This document shows positions 12,540 to 25,859 of a stretch of 64,000 nucleotides of DNA, in pieces. Each line of letters begins with the position of its first letter. Position 1 is the first letter of the stretch. The notes under the pieces were generated by a model. The model saw nothing but the letters and a program-made list of their open reading frames with translations. It did no database searches and was not told the DNA's origin. The position numbers were made by a program, and so were the translations under genes. This DNA is from Pristiophorus japonicus (Eukaryota), in contig NC_091985.1 of assembly GCF_044704955.1 (NCBI RefSeq), positions 69,626,001 through 69,690,000 of the forward strand. The letters are read 5' to 3'.

Positions 12540-13848
12540 TAAACGTCTGTTCTCTCCTGGTTTGCAGCTGCAGATAGCTTAGTATTAGCCTAGGGACAAA
12601 ATAATAGTAATATTATAATTGCAGCTGATTTAGAACTACACAGCACAATACCTAGGTTATAACCTAAGCCTGTGGAATACAGCTTTGGTTAATTGTACTG
12701 AATTTTGTAAAAGAGAGCTATTTAGGGAATTGGGGTTGTTTTGCTGATTGTTGCTATTTATAGACTGGGTTCATACGAGGATCTTCAAAGTAATACAAAG
12801 ATTTCAGAAGATTACATGGTCCAAACACAAATGTAAATTTTTTTAAAATGTTTTTGTACTTTTTGGTTATAAATGTACTTAGCAAATAATAAAACCTCAA
12901 ATAAAAAAAAGAATACTGGCGTAGACTGATTATGTTCGAGGGCAAGCACTCTCTCTTGCTCTGCAAATAGAGATTATGGAAGGTCCATATATAATGGAGA
13001 AGTTTGTTAATCTGATTTCACACACAATAGAAAGTATTGTAAAGGGATATCACAGCACACTTCCGATGTAGAAGTGCTTTGTTAATGATATTGTGAACAG
13101 TGAGTGCTGCTCACAGGCTTTCTTTATCCCTACCATAATGACACAGGAGCAGACTTCATGAAGGTATTGAAATATCTGCTTGCAGTCGATCTGTGACCAG
13201 CAATTTTAAAGCTTACATAGGAACAGAGGAAAGCAGAAAAACTGTACCATCACATTTAGGATTCTATGGCAATATGAATTAATAGTTCTCCTCTTTTTCC
13301 TGTGTTCGTCACTGGCACATTTTGAAAATTCAGCATTGTAATTTGAAATAGCAGAAATTAATTTGAGTTTATAATTTTAGCAGCCGTCAGAGTATACTCT
13401 GTATGATATAGTATTATTCTATTACTGAGGCCTACTATGTTGTATTTAAAAATAAAAAAATAATATTGTCATGATTTAAGTACAGCTTTTCACAGCAAAT
13501 CATTTACTTGTGCAATAGTAATGAATTGAGCCCAAGTTAAAAGTCTCTTTTCTTATGGAAGTAAGAAAATATTGGAGCGTGACTTTTCATATAGCATTTT
13601 GTTACCAGCATACACACCATATTTGGGCTGAGACAAAACCTGCTGAAAATCGGGTGCATTTTCTGAATATTCCTGAAATCAAGTCTTTATGAAGCAACAG
13701 TGTGAATTGTCAATGACTTTACTCTTTCACCTGGAAGCCATGATATAAATCCAGTCGCAGAAAGATCTGCTCTCCATGCTGGCTGCCCAAGCTCCACCCT
13801 ATACAACCTCCAATCCATCCAGAACTCCACCACCCATGTTCTATTGAA

Positions 13849-14969
13849 ATAAGAACATAAGAAATAGGAACAGGAGTGGGCCATACGGCCCCTCGAGCCT
13901 GCTCCGCCATTCAAAAAGATCATGGCTGATCTGATCATGGACTCAGTTCCACTTCCCCGCCCACTCCCCATAACCCCTTATTCCCTTATCGTTTAAGAAA
14001 CTGTCTATTTCTGTCTTAAATTTATTCAATGTCCCGGCTTCCACAGCTCTCTGAGGCAGCAAATTCCACAGATTTACAACCCTCAGAGAAGAAATTTCTC
14101 CTCATCTCAGTTTTAAATGGGCGGCCCCTTATTCTAAGATCATGCCCTCTAGTTCTAGTCCCATCAGTGGAAACATCCTCTCTGCATCCACCTTGTCAAG
14201 CCCTCTCATAATCTTATACGTTTCGATAAGATCACCTCTCATTCTTCTGAATTCCAATGAGTAGAGGCCCAACCTACTCAACCTGTCCTCATATCTTTGT
14301 ATCACCAGCAAACTTGGCATTACACTCAGTCCCTTCTTCCAAGTCATTAATATAGATTGTAAATAGTTGAGGTCTCTGTGGCACCCCACTAGTTACTGAT
14401 GGCCAACCAGAGAATGAACCATGTATACCGACTCTCTGTTTTCTGTTAGTTAGCCAATCCTCGATCCAATATATTACCCCCAACCCCATGAACTTTTATC
14501 TTGTGCAGTAACCTTTTATGTGGCACCTTGTCAAATGCCTTCTGGAAGTCCAAATACACCACATCCACTAGTTCCCCTTTATACACCCTGTTCGTTACAT
14601 CCTCAAAGAATTCCAACAAATTTGTCAAACATGACTTCCCCTTCATAAATCCATGCTGACTCTGCCTGACCGAATTTTGCTTTTCCAAATGTCCTGCTAC
14701 TGCTTCTTTAATAATGGACTACAACATTTTACCAACCACAGATGTTAGGCTAACTAGTCTATAGTTTCCTGCTTTTTGTTTGCCTCCTTTTTTAGATAGG
14801 GACGTTACATTTGCAGTTTTCCAATCTGCTGGGACCTCCCCAGAATCCAGGGAATTTTGGTAAATTTCAATCAATGCATCCACAATCCCTTCCGCTACTT
14901 CTCAAGACCCTAGAATGCAAGCCATCTGGTCAAGGGGATTTATCTGCCTCTAGTCCCATTATCTTACTG
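13849..14969 (-). mobile_element. CR1 LINE fragment (TTCTTATG-tail family) with an internal deletion near 14292
   Basis: Minus ORFs with [32 protein letters not shown] and RRMRGDLIETYKIM; tail at 13849-13865. Confidence 0.92.
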
Positions 14970-15866
14970 TATTCTGTATTCATTCCTGCTCATTTACCAA
15001 TGCAGTCTTTGTGGACCTCCCCATCTCCTACATAGTATAAACCATTATCCTGATTACAAATCCTTCCACTACCTTTCAGTACCATACCTCAGCCTTTCAT
15101 CCCAGCTCACAGAATGTACCTTTCCATTTCTGGTCTACGTTCAAAACTACATTTCAACTTCCCTCTGCATCGGTGACAGGATCGTCAACGTCATATCCCT
15201 GCAGTCCAGAATGGGTGGGGAGCAGCTGGGATGAACAGGGAAACTACTGAGGTATACAAGTGCCAACAGATTACCAACAGGTCACTGGGCTACATTACAA
15301 TTCAGGTATCCTTGAATGAAGTAGGTGAAGAAAGTACAGTTTTTGAATAAATAGGGCAGATAGCAGGGTGGAAACTTTAATTGAAGTATAAATATATAAT
15401 TATACGTTCCATGTGGTATAGTGAAAGAAATAGTAAGAATAGTTGGTTCAAATGGCATGATATAAAATTCTTAGGCAAAGAGTCACATTAGATGGGAAGT
15501 GTTTGTTTTCACTGAGAATCATCGCTCTCTGGTACAGATTACAGATGCATTGTGGTGGGTATGGATTCCCTAAAGCCCTTACAAAAGGGAACTGCAACTT
15601 ACCATTGATATCTGGAGATGTCTTCCTGACAGAGGAGGACATATCCTATTTTGCACCAGATGCTGTTCACCCATCACCCCTATCCTCACTGGCATATAAT
15701 GGCTCCCAGTCTCATACTACCTCAAACTTAAAATTCTCCTCCTGTGTTTAAATCCCAAATAGTCTAGTGTATGTGCATAGGGTGGGAGGGAAGGTGTTCC
15801 TGGAGCAGTTCAAAGATCAAAGTATCAAATTAGGAGATGTCCTACCCCTACCTATGCAAGATCCCT

Positions 15867-16462
15867 ACTAAGAAGATAAGAACATAAGAAATAGGAGCAG
15901 CAGTAGGCCCTACGGCCCCTTACGCCTGCTCCGCCATTTGATAAGATCATGGCTGATCATCGACCTCAACTCCGCTTTCCCGCCCGATCTCCATATCCCT
16001 TGATTCCCCTAGACTCCAAATATACCTTGAATATACTCAAATACTCAGCATCTACAGCCCTCTGGGGCAGAGAATTCTAAAGATTCACAACCCTCTGAGT
16101 GAAGAAATCCCTCCTAATCGCGATCTTAAATGGCCTACCTCTTATCCTGAGACTGTGCCCCCTAGTTTTAGACACTCCAGCCAGGGGAAACAACCTCCCA
16201 GCATCTACCCTGTCAATCCCTTTCAGAATCTTGTATAGTTCAATGAGATCACCTCTCATTCTTCTTAACTCCAGAGAGTATAGGTCCATTCTACACAATC
16301 TCTCATCATACGAAAGTCCTCTCGTCCCAGGAATCAATCTCGTGAACATTCATTGCACCGCCTCCAAGGCAAGTATATCTTTCCTTAGATAAGGAGACCA
16401 AAACTGTGCACAGTATTCCAGGTGTGGTCTCACCAGGACCCTGTACAATTGTAGCAAGGCTT
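15867..16462 (-). mobile_element. CR1 LINE 3' fragment
   Basis: ORF 16077..16349 (RRMRGDLIELYKIL...FFTQRVVNL); AAGAACAT-type tail at the left end. Confidence 0.9.
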
Positions 16463-16614
16463 ACTGAACAGCCTATCTCCAGAAACACCTAAATCAATCT
16501 AATCAGAGGGGCTTAAGCATGATGCCAGGTTGAACAGTCTCATCTTCAGATTCTTACTAATTGCAATACCTGCTGTACATGGGCTTGGAAAATTTACTGT
16601 ATTTGTATTGTTAA

Positions 16615-16970
16615 ATCCACCATGATCTCACCCCTCCCATCTCTGTAACTCCTGCAGCGCAACAACACCCTTCCCGAGCTCTCTGTTACTCTGACTCTAG
16701 TCTTTGTGTGTCCACCCTCTCTTCGCTCTATGTTTGGCAGCATTGCTGCAAGACATCTCGGTCCCATGCTCCGGATTTCCCTCCTTAAACTCTTGTCCTT
16801 TCTCTCCTCTTTTAAGACCATCCTTAAATCATACATCATCAACCAAGGTTTGGTCAGGACTCCTAATATTCTCCTTCTTTGGCACATTCTTTTTCTTTTA
16901 TATATTTGTGAAGTGCCTTGGAATCATTTTCCACGTTCAAGACACAATATAAATACAAGTTATTGTTGCT
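16615..16970 (+). mobile_element. L2 LINE 3' fragment
   Basis: Homologous to 24385-24762; ends ATATAAATACAAGTTATTGTTG. Confidence 0.7.
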
Positions 16971-19843
16971 GTGGAACTGCTGTGTATTACAGCATTTTCT
17001 GTTTTTATTTTAGATTTCTGGCATTGACATTTTTCTATATGTTTTACAAGTCATCTTTTCTGACAGCAAGCTTTTTTCTTTTAGCTGGGCACAGAAGAGC
17101 TCTGACATTGAAATCCTAGCGAAGTCTATGGCCGCTCATTGCACTCCCCTCACCATGCACATCCTCTACCCTCCACTTAGTAAATGGTAATATTGTGGCA
17201 AGGGCCTATATAATAAAGAAAATTGAAGAGGAACAAAGTCAAAGTGTAAGCCTCTTATTCTCACCACTGTCAAACATCACTTTAGCAGCAGAAAAATGGT
17301 CATTAAAATTACAGCAATTGAAGCCTGCACATCAGAATTTACCTTTTCACTAAACAGCAAACAGGAACTAAAGATGTTCAGAATTCTGTGATGCAATTTA
17401 AATGCGTTGATGTATTTTGATTGCATAACTGAAAATGGTTAAAGAAAACCAGCAGCATTTGTTGATCATGTTTTAAGTCAGCCTTTATCAGTTAATTTAG
17501 AAGAAACATATCCAAACTGTTCCATTTTGGAGAGACACAGAGCTTGCTGTGCCCATTTTATGTTCCCATTTAATGAAGTTGTTAAAGCGGCAAGAATGAC
17601 AGGTTAATTATCCTTTATGAAAGTGGGACAAATTGAACTGTGTCTTTCCATCATTTTTTGATATATCAAGAAGCTCCTGAGGTGCTCAGCCGTCACTCTG
17701 GTGAATACAGCAACTAATCCACTCCACTATTCTCTCTTGACCTGGGTCTCACCAACAGGGGTTTGCAGTATATTGCAGCAGTTTTTGTTTCACATTCAAC
17801 AGATTCCTCTTTATTATGAATTCCAAAAGATTTTTTTTTTTGAACAGCCATCCATATGTTGGTTGACAGCTCCTGAAATAACTGATGGCTAAATTTAAAC
17901 TATGATGAAAATTAACCCAAGTGTTAAATGCAAACAGGCCTGTTCAGAAGAAACCTATCATGGCAGATGCCAAACAGTCAAAAATTTGTGTAAATTAATG
18001 GAGCCTCACTTGTGACAAGCTGTCAGCAGGTTTGATGGCTTGTGCTTGTGCTTCAGTCCCACAGAACTTGGCCAGAGGGCAGCGTGGACAAGTCTTGTGT
18101 TTGAAAAGACCACGGGAAGCTTGACAGTATTGTTAACTAGATCATCAGCAGTTCATGGTCATAAAGGAATGAATATTCTACAGCCCTGCACCAAATATAT
18201 TTTAGAATTCAGTATTTTATTAATACTTAACCTACATATCTGTTTTTCTTCGGCTGTACTGCTTAGTTTAGTAGGACTGTTCAAAACAAGATTACATACT
18301 GAAGAATTTTAATCTTATTTTAACTGAATAACATCTGATACAGAAATTATCCTTTGCTGGTATCGATTCGCTCTGACTGTCACTGCAGGGATCACATTTT
18401 TGGTCAGGTTTTTTGTTCAAAATTCAGCTTTTTCAATGTCCTGGAACTCTCACCCACCATGGGATTATTTTCTTTACTCACCATTTGGCAGCTAGGATTT
18501 ATCAATTCAATAAATTAACTACTCACTCACCAAAAGAAATACTTGCACGTTAGCAGCAGAAAGCGATTCTAAACAGGAATGAAATTCACCTGTAATAGAT
18601 ATGGGATTAGTCATTGATTTAGGGAAGTACTGAAACAGGCCGTAAATTATCATATGCCACAAGATAGCAAATAAAGAAGCAGACTGAATGATTAACATCC
18701 TTTACTAGAAATGTTGTGATGTGTTTTTCTCACCAATACCAAAAAGTGATTTTCTAATCCCACTTTAACCTTTGATTTAACATAATTATTCACAGTAACC
18801 AGGTCCTTGCCTGCATGGTCTAAATGTTTAGGCTTCACCCACAATTGTTGTGGCCTTAAAAATGGGAACAAATGCAATGAAAGTGGGAGTGTTTCATTTA
18901 CATAATTTTAAAGAGCTCGGGTAACTCCATCTTATTGCGGCATCTATAGCAGCCACCTATGGATCAGAAATCTGTATGAAATGTTTTTTGTTCAACAGCA
19001 GAGTTAGTCTGTGGATGTTCGATCCATATGGCTGGCTGCAATGCCTTTGTCTTTGTCAACTTACTCAGTGTGGAGTAAATGTATCTAAATGTATTCTTGT
19101 TGTTTGGTATGTCTGGTGCCCAAATTGTTTGTTTCGATGGGTCCATTGTAGGGCTATATTATGTGAATACATCTAGTTAATGGTAGTCTAAAAATATAAC
19201 TTTAAAACGGTTAAAGACAGTATAAGGACACTGGGATCAGTAAACCAATAAACTTTGCAAGGAATATTAATCAAGTGGCATGAGATAAATTCTTAACCTC
19301 TTTACCTTAACTTCCCATCAAAGAACCATCTGGACATTTACTGTCCACATTTAGGGAAGTGGTAGCTGCCTAAATTTGGCTCACTTAAACCATTTTATGT
19401 CAACCAGTACAAAGTATATTAACAATTACACTACCAAATCCTTATTAAGATACATGCAAGCTACTGAGTGAATTAGTTCATCTCTTTTTGACAAAATCAT
19501 CCAGGGCAGTCAGACCATGAAATCATGAACTGGCATTTCCTTAATAATTCATTTATGCTAATACAATTAGCAGCATCTTAATATTGAATAATAAGCGAGT
19601 ACACAAAGTAATTAGGTAGAAAGTATGAACTAATGGAATAAAAATCTGAGGTTACAAAGGCAGATTAAGTGTATCAGAGTAACTCAGCAGCAGTTGGGCT
19701 CTACTTATTACAAATTTGGTGTTCAAGATTGGCAACATATCAATAATAATTTAAACTTCACTCCATATGTAGCTGACAAATTAGCAGCTTTGAATAGCAA
19801 GTCTATTGAATATATTAAAGTCTTGTTAGTTCATCAATGATTC

Positions 19844-21465
19844 CATAAGAACATAAGAACATAAGAAATAGCAGCAGGAGTAGGCCATACGGCCCCTCAA
19901 GCCTGCTCCGCCATTCAATAAGATCATGGCTGATCTGATCATGGACTCAGTTCCACCTCCCTGCCCGCTCCCCATAATCCTTTATCCCCTTATCGTTTAA
20001 GAAATTGTCTATTTCTGTCTTAAATTTATTCATTGTCCCACCTTCCACAGCTTTCTGAGGCAGCAAATTCCACAGATTTACAACCCTCAGAGAAGAAATT
20101 TCTCCTCGTCTCAGTTTTAAATGGGCGGCCCTTATTCTAAGATCATGCCCTCTAATTCTAGTCTCCCCCATCAATGGAAACATCCTCTCTGCATCCACCT
20201 TGTCAAGCCCCCTCATAATCCGATAAGTTTCGATAAGATCACCTCCCATTCTTCTGAATTCCAATGAGTAGAGGCCCAACCTACTCAACCTTTTCTCATA
20301 AGTTAACCCCCTCATTCCCGGAATCAACTTAGTGAACCTTCTCTAAACTGCCTTCAAAGTAAGTATATCCTTTCGTAAATATGGAAACCAAAACTGCACG
20401 CAGTATTCCAGGTGTGGCCTCAACAATACCCTGTATAGATGTAGTAAGACTTCCCTGCTTTTATACTCCACCCCCTTTGCAATAAAGGCCAAGATTCCAT
20501 TGGCCTTCCTGATCACTTGCTGTACTTGCATACTATCCTTTTGTGTTTCATGCACAAGTACCCCCAGGTCCCGCTGTACTGCAGCACTTTGCAATCTTTT
20601 TCCATTTAAATAATAACTTGCTCTTTGATTTTTTCTGCCAAGGCGCATGACCTTGCACTTTCCAACATTATATTCCATCTGCCAAATTTTTGCCCACTCA
20701 CTTAACCTGTCTGTGTCCTTTTGCAGATTTTTTGTGTCCTCCTTACATATTGCTTTTCCTCCCATCTTTGTATCATCAGCAAACTTGGCAATGTTACACT
20801 TAGTCCCTTCTTCCCAGTCGTTAATATAGATTGTAAACAGTTGGGGTCCCAGCACTGACCCCTGCGACACCCCACTAGTTACTGGTTGCCAACCAGAGAA
20901 TGAACCATTTATCCCGACTCTCTGTTTTCTGTTAGTTAGCCAATCCTCTATCCAATATATTCCCCCCAACCCCGTGAACTTTTATCTTGTGCAGTAAGCT
21001 TTTATGTGGCACCTTGTCAAATGCCTTCTGGAAGTCCAACTACAACACATCCACTGGTTCCCCTTTATACACCCTGTTTGTTACATCATCAAAGAATTCC
21101 AGAAAATTTGTCAAACATGACTTCCCCTTCATAAATCCATGCTGACTCTGCCTGACCGAATTTTGCTTTTCCAAATGTCCTGCTACTGCTTCTTCAATAA
21201 TGGACTCCCAACATTTTCCCAACCACAGATGTTAGGCTAACTGGTCTATAGTTCCCTGCTTTTTGTCTGCCTCCTTTTTTAAATAGGGGCGTCACATTTG
21301 CAGTTTTCCAATCTGCTGAGACCTCCCCAGAATCCAGGAAATTTTGGTAAATTACAACCAATGCATCCACAATCCCTGCCGCTACTTCTCTTAAGATCCT
21401 AAGATGCAAGCCATCAGGTCCAGGGGATTGATCCACATTTCGTCCCATTATCTTACTGAGTACCA
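19844..21465 (-). mobile_element. CR1 LINE, 5'-truncated, RT domain pseudogene
   Basis: Minus ORFs 19947..20327, 20343..20969 ([17 protein letters not shown]) and 21194..21469 ([17 protein letters not shown]); (AAGAACAT)n tail. Confidence 0.95.
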
Positions 21466-21967
21466 CCACCTTCCAGAAGCTTTTATAACTTCATCCTTCT
21501 TAGTTGGTGTAGTAAGTTTGGTGTTCTCTCTTCCTTTGGGATGCTCAGACCCATCTCTGGGATATCAGAGTGCTGAATCTTCTTTTAACATCATGATAGT
21601 TTGGCATTCTTACGATATGTGTTCTATCTTAGTAGCATTAACCTTCCTTCCATTCGCAGAAACTTAACACTTACATACATTGATATATTGAATTGTTTGC
21701 CTATCTCTGGCTGCTAGAATTCTTTAAGTGGGAGATTTCCTGCGAGGTGCCCATGATCTTCCACCGTAACTTCAGCAGAAGATTGGCGGAAACCCTGGAT
21801 GAAGGGCAGAAATGCCCCTTCATGCCTCTTCTCAGGATATTCTGTTGAAGGAACTCCTGGAGAAAGTCTCTCTCAACTCCTGTAACCTCCATCTCTAGTA
21901 AGCATTCTATTTGTATCGCTTCTCTCTTTTTCTCTCTGACCTTTTGTGTCAAAACATCATATTTTAT

Positions 21968-22146
21968 ACAAAAGCAAAATACTGCGATGCTGGAAATCTG
22001 AAATAAAAACAGAAAATGCTAGAAATACTCAGCATTCTCTGTGGAGAGAAAAAGAGTTAACGTTTTCAAGTTGATGACCCTTCGTCAGAACATTAACTCT
22101 GTTTCTCCCTCCACAGATACTGCCTGACCAGCATTTTCCCTTTTTC
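21968..22146. mobile_element. Penelope-like fold-back element with a hammerhead-like core
   Basis: Same family as 12365-12539 (AAAACAGAAAATGCT...GAGTTAACGTT / ATTAACTCTGTTTCTC); minus strand carries CTGACGA-N14-GAAA. Confidence 0.65.
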
Positions 22147-22517
22147 ACATCTTTTGACTTGTGATTCTTAAAGTAAACACCTTCAGTACCATTTCAACCA
22201 ATCTTTGCGCTACACCTTGTTGCAAGGATTTCCTTATTTGGTGTCAATACCTTAGACAGACACAAATCAAGAATTCATATTGAGCAAATTTTAATTATTG
22301 CTAAAATCAAGGTCTGCTCTTTAGTTGTGAAAGTTGCATTCACTTTCTTTGGCTTCAAATAAGAGTGGAACGGCAATCTAGGTCACTCCTAGGCCTGGAT
22401 GTGAAAACTCCCATCACTTTCCTTGGCATAAGATAAGGCATGGTAGAAAATGATGCAAATACCCAGAAGAACAGGCAGCATCTGTGGAGAAACATAAGTT
22501 GATGGTTCAGGTCTTTT

Positions 22518-23523
22518 ATAAGAACATAAGAACATAAGAAATAGGAGCAGGAGTAGGCCATACAGAGCCTGCTCCACCTTTCAATAAGATCATGGCTGAT
22601 CTGATCATGGACTCAGCTCCACTTCCCCGCTCGCTCCCTATAACCCCTTATCCCCTTATCTTTTAAGACACTGTCTATTTCTGTCTTAAATTTATTCAAT
22701 GTCCCAGCTTCCACAGCTCTCTGAGGCAGAGAATTCCAACCCTCTGGGAGAAGAAATTTCTCCTCATCTCAGTTTTAAATGGGCGGCCCCTTATTCTAAG
22801 ATCATGCCCTCTAGTTCTAATCTTCCCCATCAGTGGAAACATCCTCTCTACATCCACATTGTCAAGCCCCCTCATAATCCTATACGTTTTGAGAAGATCA
22901 CCTCTCATTCTTCAGAATTTCAATGAGTAGAGGCCCAACCTACTCAACCTTTCCTCATAAGTCAACCCCTCATCCCCGGAATCAACCTAGTGAACTATCT
23001 CTGAACTGCCTCCACAGCAAGTATATCCTTTCATAAATATGGAAATCAAAACTGCACACAGTATTCCAGGTGTAGCCTCACCAATACCCTGTATAGTTGT
23101 AGCAAGACTTCCCTGCTTTTATACTCCATCCCCTTTGCAATAAAGACCAAGATTCCATTGGCCTTCCTGATCACTTGTTGTACCTGCATACTATACTTTT
23201 GTGTTTCATGCACAAAAGTACCCCCAGGTCTCGCTGTATTGCAGCACTTTGCAATCTTTCCCCATTTAAATAATAACTTGCTCTTTGATTTTTTTCTGCC
23301 AACATTATACTCCATCTGCCAAATTTTTGCCCACTCACTTAGCCTGTCTGTGTCCTTTTGCAGAGTTTTTGTGTCCTCCTCACACGTTGCTTTTCCTCCC
23401 ATCTTTGTATCAGCAGCAAACTTGGCTACGTTACACTCAATCCCTTTTTCCAAGTCGTTAATATAGATTGTAAATAGTTGGGGTCCCAGCACTGATCCCT
23501 GCGGCACCCCACTAGTTACTGAC
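22518..23523 (-). mobile_element. CR1 LINE fragment, apparently inserted in a degenerate Penelope-like element (about 22445-23852)
   Basis: ORFs 23046..23507 ([15 protein letters not shown]) and 22696..22908; flanks GGCAGCATCTGTGGAG...GTTCAGGTC and TGACCCTTC match the fold-back family. Confidence 0.9.
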
Positions 23524-24179
23524 CCTTCTCAAGACTGGAAGATATTACAGATGAACAGCATTTGAAAAGGAACAGAACAAGAAAGAGGGGAAAGGGAAGA
23601 AACACACACCGGTAAAGAAATAGAATGACCTTTGCTTAGGTGGCGAATAGGAGATGGTTTAGCAGCAGAAGTGATATTAGCAGAAGACAAAAGTGGACGT
23701 AATGAGAGAATTAAAATACATATACGATACAAATAGTATGTGAATAGCTAAAAGGAGATAAGTAGAAAGGGAAACTGGAGAATCCCGCAAGTTTTTGCAA
23801 CTTTTTCTGTTTTCTTTTCAGATTTCCACCAGCTACAGCATTTTGCATTTTGTTCAAGCAAAGGATGATCTTTTTAAGCTAGCTCTATCCAATGATGGGA
23901 ACTAGCTCTATGCTAGGAAAGTACTGTCTTGGAATACCCATGGCTCTTAGCATTAACTCTTTCTGTTTTCCCAGAGTTCAGCAGGATTGCTGCAATCACA
24001 ATTTTTAAGACAACTCTGGGCATTCTGGGGCCAATTTTAGGTCACTTTTTCTACAACAGTCTGGTTGTAATGTGTGAATGATGATAAAAAGAGTTGATTC
24101 CCAAACAATATTCCCATTGTTTACTGAGGTGTTAGCCTGGTCAGATTCTATTTGTTAAAGAAAATCTTCAAAGCGAATG

Positions 24180-24762
24180 CTTGATTTGACTACTCCAACT
24201 CACTCCTGGCTGACCTCCCACATTCTATCCTATGTAAACTTGAGGTCGTCCAAAACTCGGCAGCCCGGTCCTAACTCACACCAAGTCCTGCTCACCCATA
24301 ACCCCTGTGCTCGCCAATCTACATTGGCTCCCGGTTAAGCAATGCCTCGATTTCAAAATTCTCATCCTTGTTTACAAATCCCTCCATGTCCTCACCCCTC
24401 CTTATATCTGTAACCTCCTCCAGCCTCATAACCCCCCAAGATGTCTGCGCTCCTCAAATTCTGCCCTCTTGAGCATCCCTGAGTATAACTGCTCAACCAT
24501 TGGTGGCCGTGCCTTCAGCTGCCTAGGATCCAAGCTCTGGAACCCCATCCCTAAACCTCTCTGCCTCTCTACGTCTCTTTCCTCCTCTAAGACGCTTCTT
24601 AAAACCTACCTCTTTGATCAAGCTTTTGGTCATCTGCCATAATTTCTTTTTATGTGGCTCATTGTCAAATGTATTTGTTTTGTCTTATAACACTCCTGTG
24701 AAGCGCCTTGGGATGTTCTACCACATTAGAGGTGCTATATAAATACAAGTTGTTGTTGTTGT
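24180..24762 (+). mobile_element. L2 LINE 3' end
   Basis: ORF 24307..24642 (LHWLPVKQCLDFKILILVYKSLH, GGRAFSCLGSKLWN, KTLLKTYLF) is typical of an L2 ORF2 C-terminus; (GTT)n tail. Confidence 0.9.
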
Positions 24763-24844
24763 TACTTGTACATGAAATAAATCCAGCGTACCAATGTCAG
24801 ACCCTACAGCCATTCTGCAGTTTTCCATTCACCACTTTACAGGG

Positions 24845-25449
24845 CGGGGTGGAAATTAGTTATGGCCTGTTTTCAAGTCTATAATCAGCGGTGGGCCGAC
24901 TGCATGTATCCCAACTGGGTGGCCCAAGGCCAGCCTGAAATTAGTCCTCAGGCACATTAATAGTTTGTGTGCGAGCTGCCGATGCTGTCGCGCCTCCACA
25001 GGCAGCCTATGCATTCACTAAGAAGAATATCAGGCCACTTGCCTCATCAGTAATGGCCTGCCATTAAGTCCCAGAAGGAGGGGAGGGCAGATAACAAGGA
25101 CTGTGGAACAAGGACTCCTGCTCTTCCTGGCTCTACAGGAATGTTTTCTTGGTGACAATTGCTGCCTAAGCCACAGAGACTGCTTAAGAATCCTGTGAAG
25201 AGCAAGCCCGGCTCCTGCTCCACTCAATCACACTCATTTCTGAAAGGCCCTAAAACACGCATTAGGCCTCTCATTTACATACATATGGGGCCTAATGCCT
25301 TTTTTAGATGGCCGTTTAGGATGCCTGAAAGGCAGCCATTACCAATAAGATGGCAACCATATTGTATTCGCAGATCGGGATGTTACACCCCTTTTTGCTA
25401 CTGTTTTCACCCTGAAGAACAGGTATAACGAGAACCAATTTCTATCCCC
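24845..25449. mobile_element. Probable MITE
   Basis: Imperfect TIRs CGGGGTGGAAATTAGTT and GGGGATAGAAATTGGTT; TSD not resolved. Confidence 0.45.
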
Positions 25450-25501
25450 AGAAGTGGATCAAGCTCTAGACAGAGCTTATATTTGCATCACCAGAGACTG
25501 G

Positions 25502-25859
25502 GGCCTAGATTTTCCTCAGCTGTTCTGTCCCAAATCAGGTACGACAGAGCAGGAAAAGGTGGAAAATTTGAGCTGTGAGGTTTACTGCCGCATTTTTGAC
25601 CTGAACTCAATTTCTTTGCCACTAAAAACTGCAGCTTGCTCCTTGATCTTTAGTGCTCATATGCCCTATTTAAATGACACCATTCATTTGGTGAAGCTGT
25701 GGCATTGCCACAATGTTCCCTGTCGATAGCACAGTGCTCCCTCTTACTGCAGGGATTCTGTCGGGAGCTCCCCCTATGGTTTAAGGTCATGCCGGGGATA
25801 GGACAGTTTGCAGAAGTCCCATCTGACCCTCCTCCCGCAGTAGAACTAAAATCCAGGCC
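25502..25859. mobile_element. Probable MITE
   Basis: TIRs GGCCTAGATTTT and GGCCTGGATTTT (11/12); TSD not resolved. Confidence 0.4.

Noticed and set aside
17990-18600. Minus-strand donor and acceptor-like signals around 18010-18190 and 18530-18570
   Set aside because: No consistent open frame or recognisable peptide
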